Positions 36,996 to 45,851 of a stretch of DNA of 64,000 nucleotides are shown in pieces. The notes under the pieces are model-generated. The model had not been told where the DNA came from, made no database searches, and saw only the letters and a program-made list of their open reading frames with translations. Both the position numbers and the translations under genes were made by a program. Source of the stretch: a virus (lineage: Duplodnaviria > Caudoviricetes); the IMG/VR virus record IMGVR_UViG_3300020048_003360, positions 128,001-192,000 of that record; one strand, 5' to 3'. The first letter of the stretch is position 1, and each line of letters begins with the position of its first letter.

Positions 36996-38440
36996 TATAG
37001 AAATTCCTTTTTAATAGTTTTCTTGTCTGCTTCTAACCAATATGGTACATAGGGATTGTCTTTAAGACGCATCCGCATTAGATCCATAGTACTTAGAAAC
37101 GGAATAGGATGTTTATCGTTGCCTGTAGTCCACCAACCCCTAGTACTAAGGAGCTGATTCCAATCGTATCCCAATGCAGTTAAATCATCGTATAATTGCT
37201 TTGGTGTACATATTAATTCTTTATCTAACTTATGCCAAAGATTTTGGATCTGACACATCTCTGAAGTAATGTTTAGTGCTCTACGTAACTTAGGATCATT
37301 ATCTATCTTACTACGCACGGTAGTTCTAGATAGTTTTACATCTGGATATAGTGCTAAGCTATAGTTCTGTACATTACCTTCTAAACCAAATCTACCCATT
37401 TCTTTGATATAGTGGAATTCAGTTAGACTAGGCAGTACGCCTTCGGATTGAGATACTATTAAAATTAACGTCATCCCACTGGTACCAAACTTACCACGTA
37501 GATTACGTAGATGTACTGTATTTAGATCAGTATCGTATTTTAACTTATCTTCAGAATCTCTAGGATATAATGGACCATCTCCATCTGCTTGCATCAAAGG
37601 ACGACTATCGAAACAATGCCAACAATTATGAGTAGCAAAAGTAAATTTATCAGTAGCTCCTTTAATCTTATCGCCATTCTTTAAATGCTTTAGTTTTGTG
37701 ATGGGCATATCCCTACCACCACCACCTGACTGCATTGCTGATTCTTTACCGATGTGGGCCACCATTAGTAAATAGTTATACGAGCCACAATTTAATCTAG
37801 GTGCTTCCATTAGTAGTCGTGTTTTAATTAGACCTTGACGCATATGAATTGTATTACCACCAGACTCACCTAATGCATTATCGTCTTGCATTTTAATAAC
37901 GTCAGATGTTTCAAATTCAGTAAAACTATCCATTTCAGTAAAGGTAGGTAAGTTAATCATTAATTGACTTTTTAAATCTCTACCTAAGAACGGAGTTTCT
38001 ACTTTATTCTTATTAAAGTTTTTAATTTTATCTTCACAAAAACTCTTATGGAGTTCATACCACTTTTCACCAGTATAAACAATCTTATCAGTAACTACCC
38101 ATCTACCAGTGAGTAATATATCTTCATTAGCTAATTCAGGAATTCTTCTAGCTAACTCAGCTAAACGTGATTCACTTACGTTTACTTCTGTATCGTATGT
38201 ATTTCCAAATGAACCTCTGATACGAGACATAGCTGTAAAAGCCTGGTAGTGCATTATGGTCGATTTAAAACTATTACCCATACCTACTATACCAGTCAGT
38301 GTAGATAGTCCACCATTGAGTATTGATTCGCCATATCTGCCAGTTTCAAAAGTACCGGTAGGTATATCTAAACCAGCACCTATATTTATAAGTGGTTTAA
38401 GAGGCGTACTTGGTATAAATGTTTGGTTATATTCCATCAT
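36995..38440 (-). CDS. uvsX: RecA/UvsX-like recombinase (phiKZ gp152-like)
   Basis: PLINIGAGLDIPTG, P-loop GMGNSFKST, YDTE, DSFTEF, LRGKFGTSG. Confidence 0.88.
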   Translation of the reverse strand: MMEYNQTFIPSTPLKPLINIGAGLDIPTGTFETGRYGESILNGGLSTLTGIVGMGNSFKSTIMHYQAFTAMSRIRGSFGNTYDTEVNVSESRLAELARRIPELANEDILLTGRWVVTDKIVYTGEKWYELHKSFCEDKIKNFNKNKVETPFLGRDLKSQLMINLPTFTEMDSFTEFETSDVIKMQDDNALGESGGNTIHMRQGLIKTRLLMEAPRLNCGSYNYLLMVAHIGKESAMQSGGGGRDMPITKLKHLKNGDKIKGATDKFTFATHNCWHCFDSRPLMQADGDGPLYPRDSEDKLKYDTDLNTVHLRNLRGKFGTSGMTLILIVSQSEGVLPSLTEFHYIKEMGRFGLEGNVQNYSLALYPDVKLSRTTVRSKIDNDPKLRRALNITSEMCQIQNLWHKLDKELICTPKQLYDDLTALGYDWNQLLSTRGWWTTGNDKHPIPFLSTMDLMRMRLKDNPYVPYWLEADKKTIKKEFL

Positions 38441-38548
38441 TAATCCTTTGTGTGTTCAGATTATGTAGTTAGTGAATTATTTTTTACTCGCATCGTAGAT
38501 CATTATTCTATGACCTTATTCTTATTAATAATCTATTTAGGACACATC

Positions 38549-39550
38549 ATGGCAGCTACAGCAACTAAGTACACAACACTCCAACAGTTCGTAGGAAAAG
38601 CAGCTGGAGAGGCACTTACTGAAAAAGACGTTCAAAAAGGTTTGGCATCTACTGATAAATCTGTAGTTAAGTTAGCTAGACACGCTGAGCGTCGTTTAAA
38701 GTCTCCTAAAGTATCTAAAGAAGAATATAGTGAACTAAATGGTAGTAGAATCTTAAGTAGTCAAATTAAGATGGAAGCATTTTCTGGTGGTAGTGTAAAG
38801 AGTTTAATTAATGATTCTTTACCAGTTCTAATAACTGATATAAAAAGCTTTTTTAATAGATTCACGTCCGACACACCAACAATTGGACTACGGAGTAATC
38901 AAAGAGACTTTATTAAGGACGTTAGTAAGCATGCCTATTTAGACATCGCACCATTAACTGCATACGTACCAGAAGGTCTCTCTACTACCTATCTAGAGTA
39001 TTCTAAACCATTGTTAGAATCAGCACTACATGCTTCAGGAATGCTAAAGAGTACTTTATCTGACTATACTTTATTTCTAGGTAATCTAATTAATAATGCC
39101 GATAGTAGATTATCAGTAACTAACTTTACTAGAGAGCATGAGAAACTAGAACGCAATAGACATATCTTGAATGGCGATATTGGTGATTGTTTTGATAAAG
39201 GCAGTGTTAGGAGTGAAGTTAGTGTAGATAAAGTAATCGATAGAAATTCTGATTGGGAAGCTGTTTTTAATAATATTAATTCAGCTGTAAAGCTCATTGA
39301 GAGTGTAGATCGTAAGGCATTAAATAAGAAGATTGCTGAATCAGTTACTCTCTTAGATATTATTCTAAAGAAAATTGAACGTGATGAATTCAGTGGTATG
39401 TCTCCAGAGGGAATTAATAATCTCAGTATGGGTGCATATCAGATGGCATCTGAGTTAGAATTCTTTAGTATTACATATTATCGAATTTTAGCACTAGCTA
39501 CTAGTGTGGATAATACTCTTATCCATTATAATAAAGTCATGAAAAAGTAA
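38549..39550 (+). CDS. Conserved virion structural protein (phiKZ gp153-like)
   Basis: Start refined to MAATATK; YVPEGL and ELEFFSITYY motifs; syntenic position. Confidence 0.65.
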   Translation: MAATATKYTTLQQFVGKAAGEALTEKDVQKGLASTDKSVVKLARHAERRLKSPKVSKEEYSELNGSRILSSQIKMEAFSGGSVKSLINDSLPVLITDIKSFFNRFTSDTPTIGLRSNQRDFIKDVSKHAYLDIAPLTAYVPEGLSTTYLEYSKPLLESALHASGMLKSTLSDYTLFLGNLINNADSRLSVTNFTREHEKLERNRHILNGDIGDCFDKGSVRSEVSVDKVIDRNSDWEAVFNNINSAVKLIESVDRKALNKKIAESVTLLDIILKKIERDEFSGMSPEGINNLSMGAYQMASELEFFSITYYRILALATSVDNTLIHYNKVMKK

Positions 39551-39558
39551 TATAACGT

Positions 39559-39596
39559 CATAAAAGCCAGAGCATACTATAGCTCTGGCTTTTATG
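39559..39596. terminator. Bidirectional terminator
   Basis: CATAAAAGCCAGAGC/GCTCTGGCTTTTATG; related to the hairpin at 44601. Confidence 0.75.
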
Positions 39597-39603
39597 ATGC
39601 TAG

Positions 39604-39987
39604 TTATGCAGTTTCCATTGACTTATAGTTCTTTAGGATGGTTTCAATATCATGCACCATAGCTTCTGTATCGGCGTATCGTAACCACTTAGGTGATACA
39701 TCTATAATTGAATTTACGGTTCTCGATAAGGAATATGGATCAATAATTAATTCTTCTGGTGTTTTATTACTCCATATACTACCACTAAATGATAGTGGTA
39801 ATTTCATCGCATCTTCAACAGTACATAGTCCTAATAAATTATTAAGCTTATGCATAGTTTCAATAGATGGATTATGGGAATCTACTAATCTCCCCAATAG
39901 TGAAGTAAGAAATACTAATCTTTTAGTTTTCTTTGGTATTAAAATACTACCTAAAAAAGAAAAGAAACTATTTTTAATTAAAGACAC
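39604..39987 (-). CDS. Hypothetical protein
   Basis: 127-aa ORF. Confidence 0.7.
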   Translation of the reverse strand: MSLIKNSFFSFLGSILIPKKTKRLVFLTSLLGRLVDSHNPSIETMHKLNNLLGLCTVEDAMKLPLSFSGSIWSNKTPEELIIDPYSLSRTVNSIIDVSPKWLRYADTEAMVHDIETILKNYKSMETA

Positions 39988-39999
39988 AATATGTCTCCA

Positions 40000-41502
40000 T
40001 TAGTTAGGAATTATTCTACGATTAGAATAAACACCACAATATATTGCTCTACCATCATCTACTTCAACAATAGTAGCATATCGCATCATATCAGGTGAAT
40101 CCATCCACGTAATAACAGTTATTTTGGGATGTAATGTCTCTAATTTCTTTAAGGCATTTCTATTTAAAATATCTATGCCTAGAGTCATTACAATATTAAT
40201 AAGGCCGGGTCCAACACTAGTAAGATATTTAACATATACACTTAAACTAGAATATCCACTATCGTATTCTGGATTTAACTTTAAACTAGTTGTAACTACA
40301 CCTTTCTTATTTGTTTTGGTTTCTGTTGTATAGAGAATATCCGTAATATCAGTTGTAGTGATATCAGGATGCTTTTCTAAGTACTGATCTAATAGATTAG
40401 ATAATCTACTAATATTCTCTACAGCCCGCATACAGAGTTTTGGTGGATTAAATTCATATGTTATCGGCTCTCTATAATCGTAACCATCATTATTTTTAAC
40501 TAGCGCAAATAAATCTAATCTATTATGACTAATTTTATTTATAGCCAAATCACCATATAGATTAAGATCACTATAGATATTACCTCTATATACAGCATCT
40601 AACCTAGCCATTATGATGCTATCAGAACCATATGCTATTTTAGATTGATAATTTCTAATTAGTTCTAATATTGTATCTGGCTCATGTAGTATTACTACGG
40701 AATAAGCACCATCACTAGTGCGAGCACCAAACGAATCATCATCTTTATCGGTATCGCCTAGATAATATACAGCTGGTTTTATATATTCTGGTAATGTATT
40801 AAAAAACATACGACTACTAGAAATTAATGGATGATGATCACCAGTATTTGTTTTCCAATAACCAATTGGTGATGTGGTAACTACTTCTGTAAAAATTCGT
40901 TTTCGCATAGCTGCAGTTACGGCTATAGTGGCTAATTTATCAGCTAAAACATTACCCAGTATATCGCTATGACCTTTGACCCAACTAATCTTTACTTTAA
41001 TGCCACGTTGAGTTAATATTGATTTTGCCTCTATCAACTCTTTCCATTCATCAATATTGGCTGGTTCATTACCATCTTGTTTTTGCCAATTATTTCGTAT
41101 CCAGGTAGTTACCCAAAAATCTAACCCTTTACGTACATATTCACTATCTGTAAATAAATGTACTTCAGCAATATCGAAATCTTTAGCGTGTTTTAATGCA
41201 CTAATAGCTGCTGTTAATTCAGCTACGTTATTACTAGCCTGTGATAATGAACCATATCCATCAATATAGTGCACTGGAATTACTTCGTTGATAGCTAAAT
41301 CCGCATCAGTACCTAACTTAAGTACATAACCAGCCGTCGTTAGGGCATGACCAAATGTTCCTGGTATCTTTTTTTTCAGATCACTATCGTACATATAACC
41401 ATGCATTCCCCATCCAGCAAACTGACTATTTTCTTTAGATCCACCATCTGTATATAAAACAATTCCTTTTCTACAGTTATCCAAAGAGTCTACTTTAAGC
41501 AT
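40000..41502 (-). CDS. rnhA: Ribonuclease HI with long C-terminal extension
   Basis: YTDGG, SNNVAELTA, TDSEYV, WVKGHS..GNVLAD. Confidence 0.9.
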   Translation of the reverse strand: MLKVDSLDNCRKGIVLYTDGGSKENSQFAGWGMHGYMYDSDLKKKIPGTFGHALTTAGYVLKLGTDADLAINEVIPVHYIDGYGSLSQASNNVAELTAAISALKHAKDFDIAEVHLFTDSEYVRKGLDFWVTTWIRNNWQKQDGNEPANIDEWKELIEAKSILTQRGIKVKISWVKGHSDILGNVLADKLATIAVTAAMRKRIFTEVVTTSPIGYWKTNTGDHHPLISSSRMFFNTLPEYIKPAVYYLGDTDKDDDSFGARTSDGAYSVVILHEPDTILELIRNYQSKIAYGSDSIIMARLDAVYRGNIYSDLNLYGDLAINKISHNRLDLFALVKNNDGYDYREPITYEFNPPKLCMRAVENISRLSNLLDQYLEKHPDITTTDITDILYTTETKTNKKGVVTTSLKLNPEYDSGYSSLSVYVKYLTSVGPGLINIVMTLGIDILNRNALKKLETLHPKITVITWMDSPDMMRYATIVEVDDGRAIYCGVYSNRRIIPN

Positions 41503-41561
41503 ATTATGTCCTGATATTTAGTTTGGCTATACTATCTAGAGATAATATTAAAAAACACTAT

Positions 41562-42074
41562 TTACTTTTTATCGATACAATCTAGAGTATATGTACTATG
41601 ACTTCTTATTAAGAGTTTCATACTACTATCTATATACTCATGTAGTTCTAAAATATGTTTCTTTTCTACTTCTACAATAGTGGCTAAATCACCATCCTGT
41701 ACTTTAGATATTTCTTCTAATGGAAACTTTGGTTTAGGTGGGAAAACTGGTAATATATAATTATCACATCTATACGTATCATTTTTTTCTATATTTAAGA
41801 AATCCAATGCCACACCAGTAGCCACTAAAACTTCTGGTTTGAGTATTTTTAACTTAGCATTAAGTACCTTATTGTCGTTTTCTATAGCTATGTATTTATT
41901 AGAGATAAAAAATAACCTTTCTATAGTGATAAAATTTAAACCAAAAGAACTAAAAATAAGACAAATAAAAATTACCTTTTTTCTATCTGTTACCAAAGCC
42001 TCTAGAAAGGTAATTTTACCCAGTACCATTTCTTTAATAAATGGCCATAATAAATTAAAAAATTTTAATATCAT
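41562..42074 (-). CDS. Hypothetical membrane protein
   Basis: LWPFIKEM motif with a TM segment. Confidence 0.65.
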   Translation of the reverse strand: MILKFFNLLWPFIKEMVLGKITFLEALVTDRKKVIFICLIFSSFGLNFITIERLFFISNKYIAIENDNKVLNAKLKILKPEVLVATGVALDFLNIEKNDTYRCDNYILPVFPPKPKFPLEEISKVQDGDLATIVEVEKKHILELHEYIDSSMKLLIRSHSTYTLDCIDKK

Positions 42075-42144
42075 AAATCATCAATATCCTAGTTAAGTAA
42101 ATTTTAGTTATTTTATGATCGTCAATAACTGAAGGAACATCATA

Positions 42145-43446
42145 ATGTTTGTACTAAAAGCTTTTGCTACCAATAGTGTCTTTATTGACAATACGCATAA
42201 TGCAGTCTCCGCTATAGGTGAGATAACCACACAATCACTAACATATGCGCGTGATAAAGGATTTTATAAATCTTCTCTCGCACAGAATATAGATATAGTT
42301 GCGTTTACATCTAGACTAGATGGAACACCATATATACTAAATCAAAACTTAGTAGATGACATTGTGAAGATTTCTGACTTCATATATAATGCAGCTATTA
42401 CTGCCGGTACTGAACTATTTGCTGATGTATTACTAAATAGTCTATTAACTACGTTCCCAACAATAATTAATAATGTTGCTTCTGGCAATATAGTAAGTGA
42501 TGGTAATGTAGAAATTCCAGAGTGGGTATCATGGACTATCATAAATGACGCAGCTATAGGTACTGAAAATGAAATAAAAATATGGTTTGTAGATAGTAGT
42601 TTTCAACTACAGTATGATGAATATGAAATTGTAGTGATACCACCTATGGAGCCTTTAAATAATTTCTTTTTATCTACTATAGACGTCATTACGTTTTTAG
42701 ATAGTCAAATACCCACTACAGTAATGGAAAGAATACAGTTAGCCAAAGCTGATTATCCAGAATCCATTATTGCTGCTAGACAATTTGATTTTGTAGACCC
42801 TACTACTCCAGGAAACTTAATTCCAACTACTTGGTATTTATTGATATACGGTGCAGCTGGTGATAATATTGACGTTATCAAGAATAAATTAATAACTTAT
42901 ATATTAGCAAACAGTACGTTTAACCAAGCACAATGGACTAATATATTCCCCACTATATTTAAAACTACTGAATTTGTAATAATCCCTAGTTGGAATCGAT
43001 ATTCAATTCCAAATATGACATTACAAGCTGGTATTTACTCACCTGGCATAACTATATCAGAAGCATTAAATTTACTATTGAGCACTATAGTAAATTATCC
43101 AGTAATACATATAGAAAATAACGCTGACGTATTTTCACAGCCATATAAGGCACTTACTTTATTATCTGTTGGTAGTCCAGACAATACTAATAATATCTTT
43201 AATATTACTAATATGTTTCCTGACTTTATTGACATACCATCAACTAGTATGGATTTTGCACGTATGAGTCAGCGTACACAAGATTGGGCTATTTTATTAG
43301 CTAGAATGATACTGATTGCTGAGACCTTAACTGTATTTAGTAGTGTGCCTTCCGATATGTCTAAAGTTGTTCGTAACGACATACTCTATATAGTAAGTAA
43401 ATTTGAAAACATTAATTACTTAGTTGCTAGTAAAAAGAGTTTTTAA
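42145..43446 (+). CDS. Virion structural protein (phiKZ-like)
   Basis: MFVLKAF..SAIGEIT..LTY, YGAAGDNID and STSMDFARMS motifs. Confidence 0.7.
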   Translation: MFVLKAFATNSVFIDNTHNAVSAIGEITTQSLTYARDKGFYKSSLAQNIDIVAFTSRLDGTPYILNQNLVDDIVKISDFIYNAAITAGTELFADVLLNSLLTTFPTIINNVASGNIVSDGNVEIPEWVSWTIINDAAIGTENEIKIWFVDSSFQLQYDEYEIVVIPPMEPLNNFFLSTIDVITFLDSQIPTTVMERIQLAKADYPESIIAARQFDFVDPTTPGNLIPTTWYLLIYGAAGDNIDVIKNKLITYILANSTFNQAQWTNIFPTIFKTTEFVIIPSWNRYSIPNMTLQAGIYSPGITISEALNLLLSTIVNYPVIHIENNADVFSQPYKALTLLSVGSPDNTNNIFNITNMFPDFIDIPSTSMDFARMSQRTQDWAILLARMILIAETLTVFSSVPSDMSKVVRNDILYIVSKFENINYLVASKKSF

Positions 43447-43457
43447 GGAAAAAATAA

Positions 43458-44108
43458 ATGAGTTTATCTACAATAATACCTCCAATTGGAACTAGTGGAA
43501 TTTGGTATCCATTAGCACCATTTAATACATCATTACAATTAGGTGTTCCGTATACTTTAATATCCATTAGAACACTAAGTGAAATAATTGCAAGTGATAG
43601 TGAGCCTGAAGTTGATTACTATACGGCTAATGGCATTGGTAGCGATATTTATGAAAGAGACTTAATAAACAATACTGCCATATTATCACTACAAAATGGT
43701 AATGGCGCAATAGTACATATTCCCAGTAGTTTCTTTACTACGTATCCTGATATAGGTGGTGTTATATATAGGGTGATGGCACTGACTGTAAATTTAGGTG
43801 CCTTACCCGACACTATGAGTTTGAGTAACTTAATTAGTAAGGTAGCTAGTGATGTTACTGAACTGATAGGCGTAGAGGCCATTGTTAAGCCTCTAGCTCT
43901 ATCCGAACCCACTATGTTAAGTAGTGTAGATGCAGCTACTGTAGAGGCTGCTAGGGTGGCTAATATAGGCACTACATTAACTGACTATACTAAGTATGTA
44001 AAAGCCAGTAATGAATTAGCCAGTGCTAGACAAAAAATTATTCTACTGGAGAAAGTATTAAAACAATTACATGCAAATGGTGTAGAGTTACCAGCAATTG
44101 AGTTGTAA
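43458..44108 (+). CDS. Probable virion structural protein
   Basis: 216 aa; PPIGTSG..APF, LTVNLGALPD. Confidence 0.65.
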   Translation: MSLSTIIPPIGTSGIWYPLAPFNTSLQLGVPYTLISIRTLSEIIASDSEPEVDYYTANGIGSDIYERDLINNTAILSLQNGNGAIVHIPSSFFTTYPDIGGVIYRVMALTVNLGALPDTMSLSNLISKVASDVTELIGVEAIVKPLALSEPTMLSSVDAATVEAARVANIGTTLTDYTKYVKASNELASARQKIILLEKVLKQLHANGVELPAIEL

Positions 44109-44120
44109 ATAAAGAAAAAA

Positions 44121-44166
44121 ATACCACCCAGCAGAGGACTAAGAATCTAGTCATGCTGGGTGGTAT
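44121..44166. terminator. Bidirectional terminator
   Basis: ATACCACCCAGCA/TGCTGGGTGGTAT between convergent genes. Confidence 0.65.
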
Positions 44167-44504
44167 TAACGAGAGTGGCGGGCAAACAACGCCTCCACTC
44201 TTGTGTTATACTCTGCGTCACGGGCAGCCAGTTTGGCCTCCCATTCGATAGCTCGGGAGGCCTTCTTAGCCTCCCACTCCTTGTCACTGGCAGCCAAACT
44301 GGCTGCCCACTCCTTATCGGAGGCCAACTTGGCCTCCTTTACCCTTGCGTTGTACTCCTTATCTTGGGCAGCCAACATGGCTGCCCACTCCTTATCGGAG
44401 GAAGCCAAATTGGCCTCCCATGACTGTTGCTGGAACTGCTCCAGCTGCTGATGCTGCTGGATGTGAAACTGGACTTGAGAGGTAAATAATTCGTGATGAT
44501 CCAT
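44166..44504 (-). CDS. GC-rich early protein with 11-residue repeats
   Basis: DKEWAAMLAAQ/DKEYNARVKEA/DKEWAASLAAS/DKEWEAKKASR...; TAGGAG SD; 33-nt DNA periodicity. Confidence 0.8.
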   Translation of the reverse strand: MDHHELFTSQVQFHIQQHQQLEQFQQQSWEANLASSDKEWAAMLAAQDKEYNARVKEAKLASDKEWAASLAASDKEWEAKKASRAIEWEAKLAARDAEYNTRVEALFARHSR

Positions 44505-44551
44505 GATATTGCTCCTAATAAGTTAGCTATTAGAGAAATTCCAATAGCTTG

Positions 44552-44590
44552 TTCACTTTAGTTATATGTGACTGAAATTTTCTGCATTAT
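44552..44590 (-). promoter_or_regulatory. Early promoter variant
   Basis: TTTCAGTCACATATAACTAAAGTG; near-identical to 9207-9230. Confidence 0.7.
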
Positions 44591-44600
44591 ACTTTTTACG

Positions 44601-44637
44601 TCATATAGCCAGAGCTGCTATAGCTCTGGCTATATGA
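44601..44637. terminator. Hairpin terminator after PAAR gene
   Basis: TCATATAGCCAGAGC/GCTCTGGCTATATGA. Confidence 0.7.
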
Positions 44638-44643
44638 CCTATA

Positions 44644-44955
44644 TTAGAATGCTTTTGCAGTATCACTACCAGTTACAGTTACACCAGATCCACCTTGTAT
44701 ATTTACAGTATCACCTACGCACACTACATTCCGTTCATCGCACTGACATAGTTCAGATCCAGTAACAGCAAAGAACGTATGTCCACAATCTGTAACGCCA
44801 GTATCTCCTACTCTTACAATATTGATATCATCCACAACACCAGTATCGCTTCCAGTAACCCATACACCAGTACAACTTCTAGGATGATCTCTACCTGGCC
44901 CATTACACGTTCCCACAATAGTATCGCCTATCCTGCATATATTTCTTTCTGACAT
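44644..44955 (-). CDS. PAAR-like spike tip protein
   Basis: RIGD..C, VRVGD..DCGH..VTGS, CVGD three-fold pattern. Confidence 0.85.
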   Translation of the reverse strand: MSERNICRIGDTIVGTCNGPGRDHPRSCTGVWVTGSDTGVVDDINIVRVGDTGVTDCGHTFFAVTGSELCQCDERNVVCVGDTVNIQGGSGVTVTGSDTAKAF

Positions 44956-44979
44956 CGTAATACTCCGTATAAGTATTTA

Positions 44980-45783
44980 TTATTTACCTACAGCTAATCC
45001 ACCCTTAATCTTAACCATGCCTTTAATATTTACTGCTGGAGAATTTAGTGTAGTTTTAGAAGTATCTGCAGAGATCGAACTACCGGCTTTCACTACTAAA
45101 TCTTTACACGACATGTTTATTGTATCTGTACATGATAAATTAATATTTGTTTTATTTACTTCTACTACAGACCCATCTTGATTAACCATACTAATTTGAT
45201 GTGCCGGCGTATCGAGTTTAATATAATTGCCCTGGTCATCCTGGATTTGAATAAAACCAGCTTCTGTATTTATTTGAATGTCATATTGATATGGCTCTCC
45301 ATTGGCATTTGATGTATGTAAATGGATATATTTTCTATGTGTAGACACTTCCATAAAATATGAATTACTAGCATCAGTAGGATCAGCTTCTACTGTAGTA
45401 CCACTAAAAGCATATATTACAGTTTCTAGTTTTCGTAAATTCATATCGTTACGTAGTATTTGCCACCAATACTTATCGGTATCAGCAAATCTATATAGAA
45501 TCACCAATTCACCACGCCTAACATCAGGTGCCGTCATTCTATTACTATCGCTAATAGGTAACCACGTAGCTGTTACGCTAGTGGTGCTATCTACACTAGT
45601 ACTGTAATTAGCTTTAGAGGCATCAGCAGCACTAGCTATTATAGATGTTATTGAATCCGATAGCTCACCATTTAACATAGTAGTGTGTTCTATAGGAGTA
45701 CATTCTATATCTTTAGATGTTAGTTTTTTATTACTTGCTACCAATGCTAGTGAATAAAAATGTAACTGACTTATATTTTTCAT
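44980..45783 (-). CDS. Baseplate central spike (gpV/gp5-like)
   Basis: ATWLP..NRMTAPDVRRGE.V.LY, followed by beta-repeat C-terminus; adjacent to PAAR. Confidence 0.8.
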   Translation of the reverse strand: MKNISQLHFYSLALVASNKKLTSKDIECTPIEHTTMLNGELSDSITSIIASAADASKANYSTSVDSTTSVTATWLPISDSNRMTAPDVRRGELVILYRFADTDKYWWQILRNDMNLRKLETVIYAFSGTTVEADPTDASNSYFMEVSTHRKYIHLHTSNANGEPYQYDIQINTEAGFIQIQDDQGNYIKLDTPAHQISMVNQDGSVVEVNKTNINLSCTDTINMSCKDLVVKAGSSISADTSKTTLNSPAVNIKGMVKIKGGLAVGK

Positions 45784-45851
45784 AAACTAATTCCTTAGGT
45801 GTTTAAATATCTAGTAGATCTATATTTTGAATAGTTAAATTAGGCCTAAAC

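Noticed and set aside
44200-44420. CRISPR-like array
   Set aside because: The 33-nt units are contiguous, degenerate and in-frame coding repeats with no unique spacers. No CRISPR array was seen in the window.
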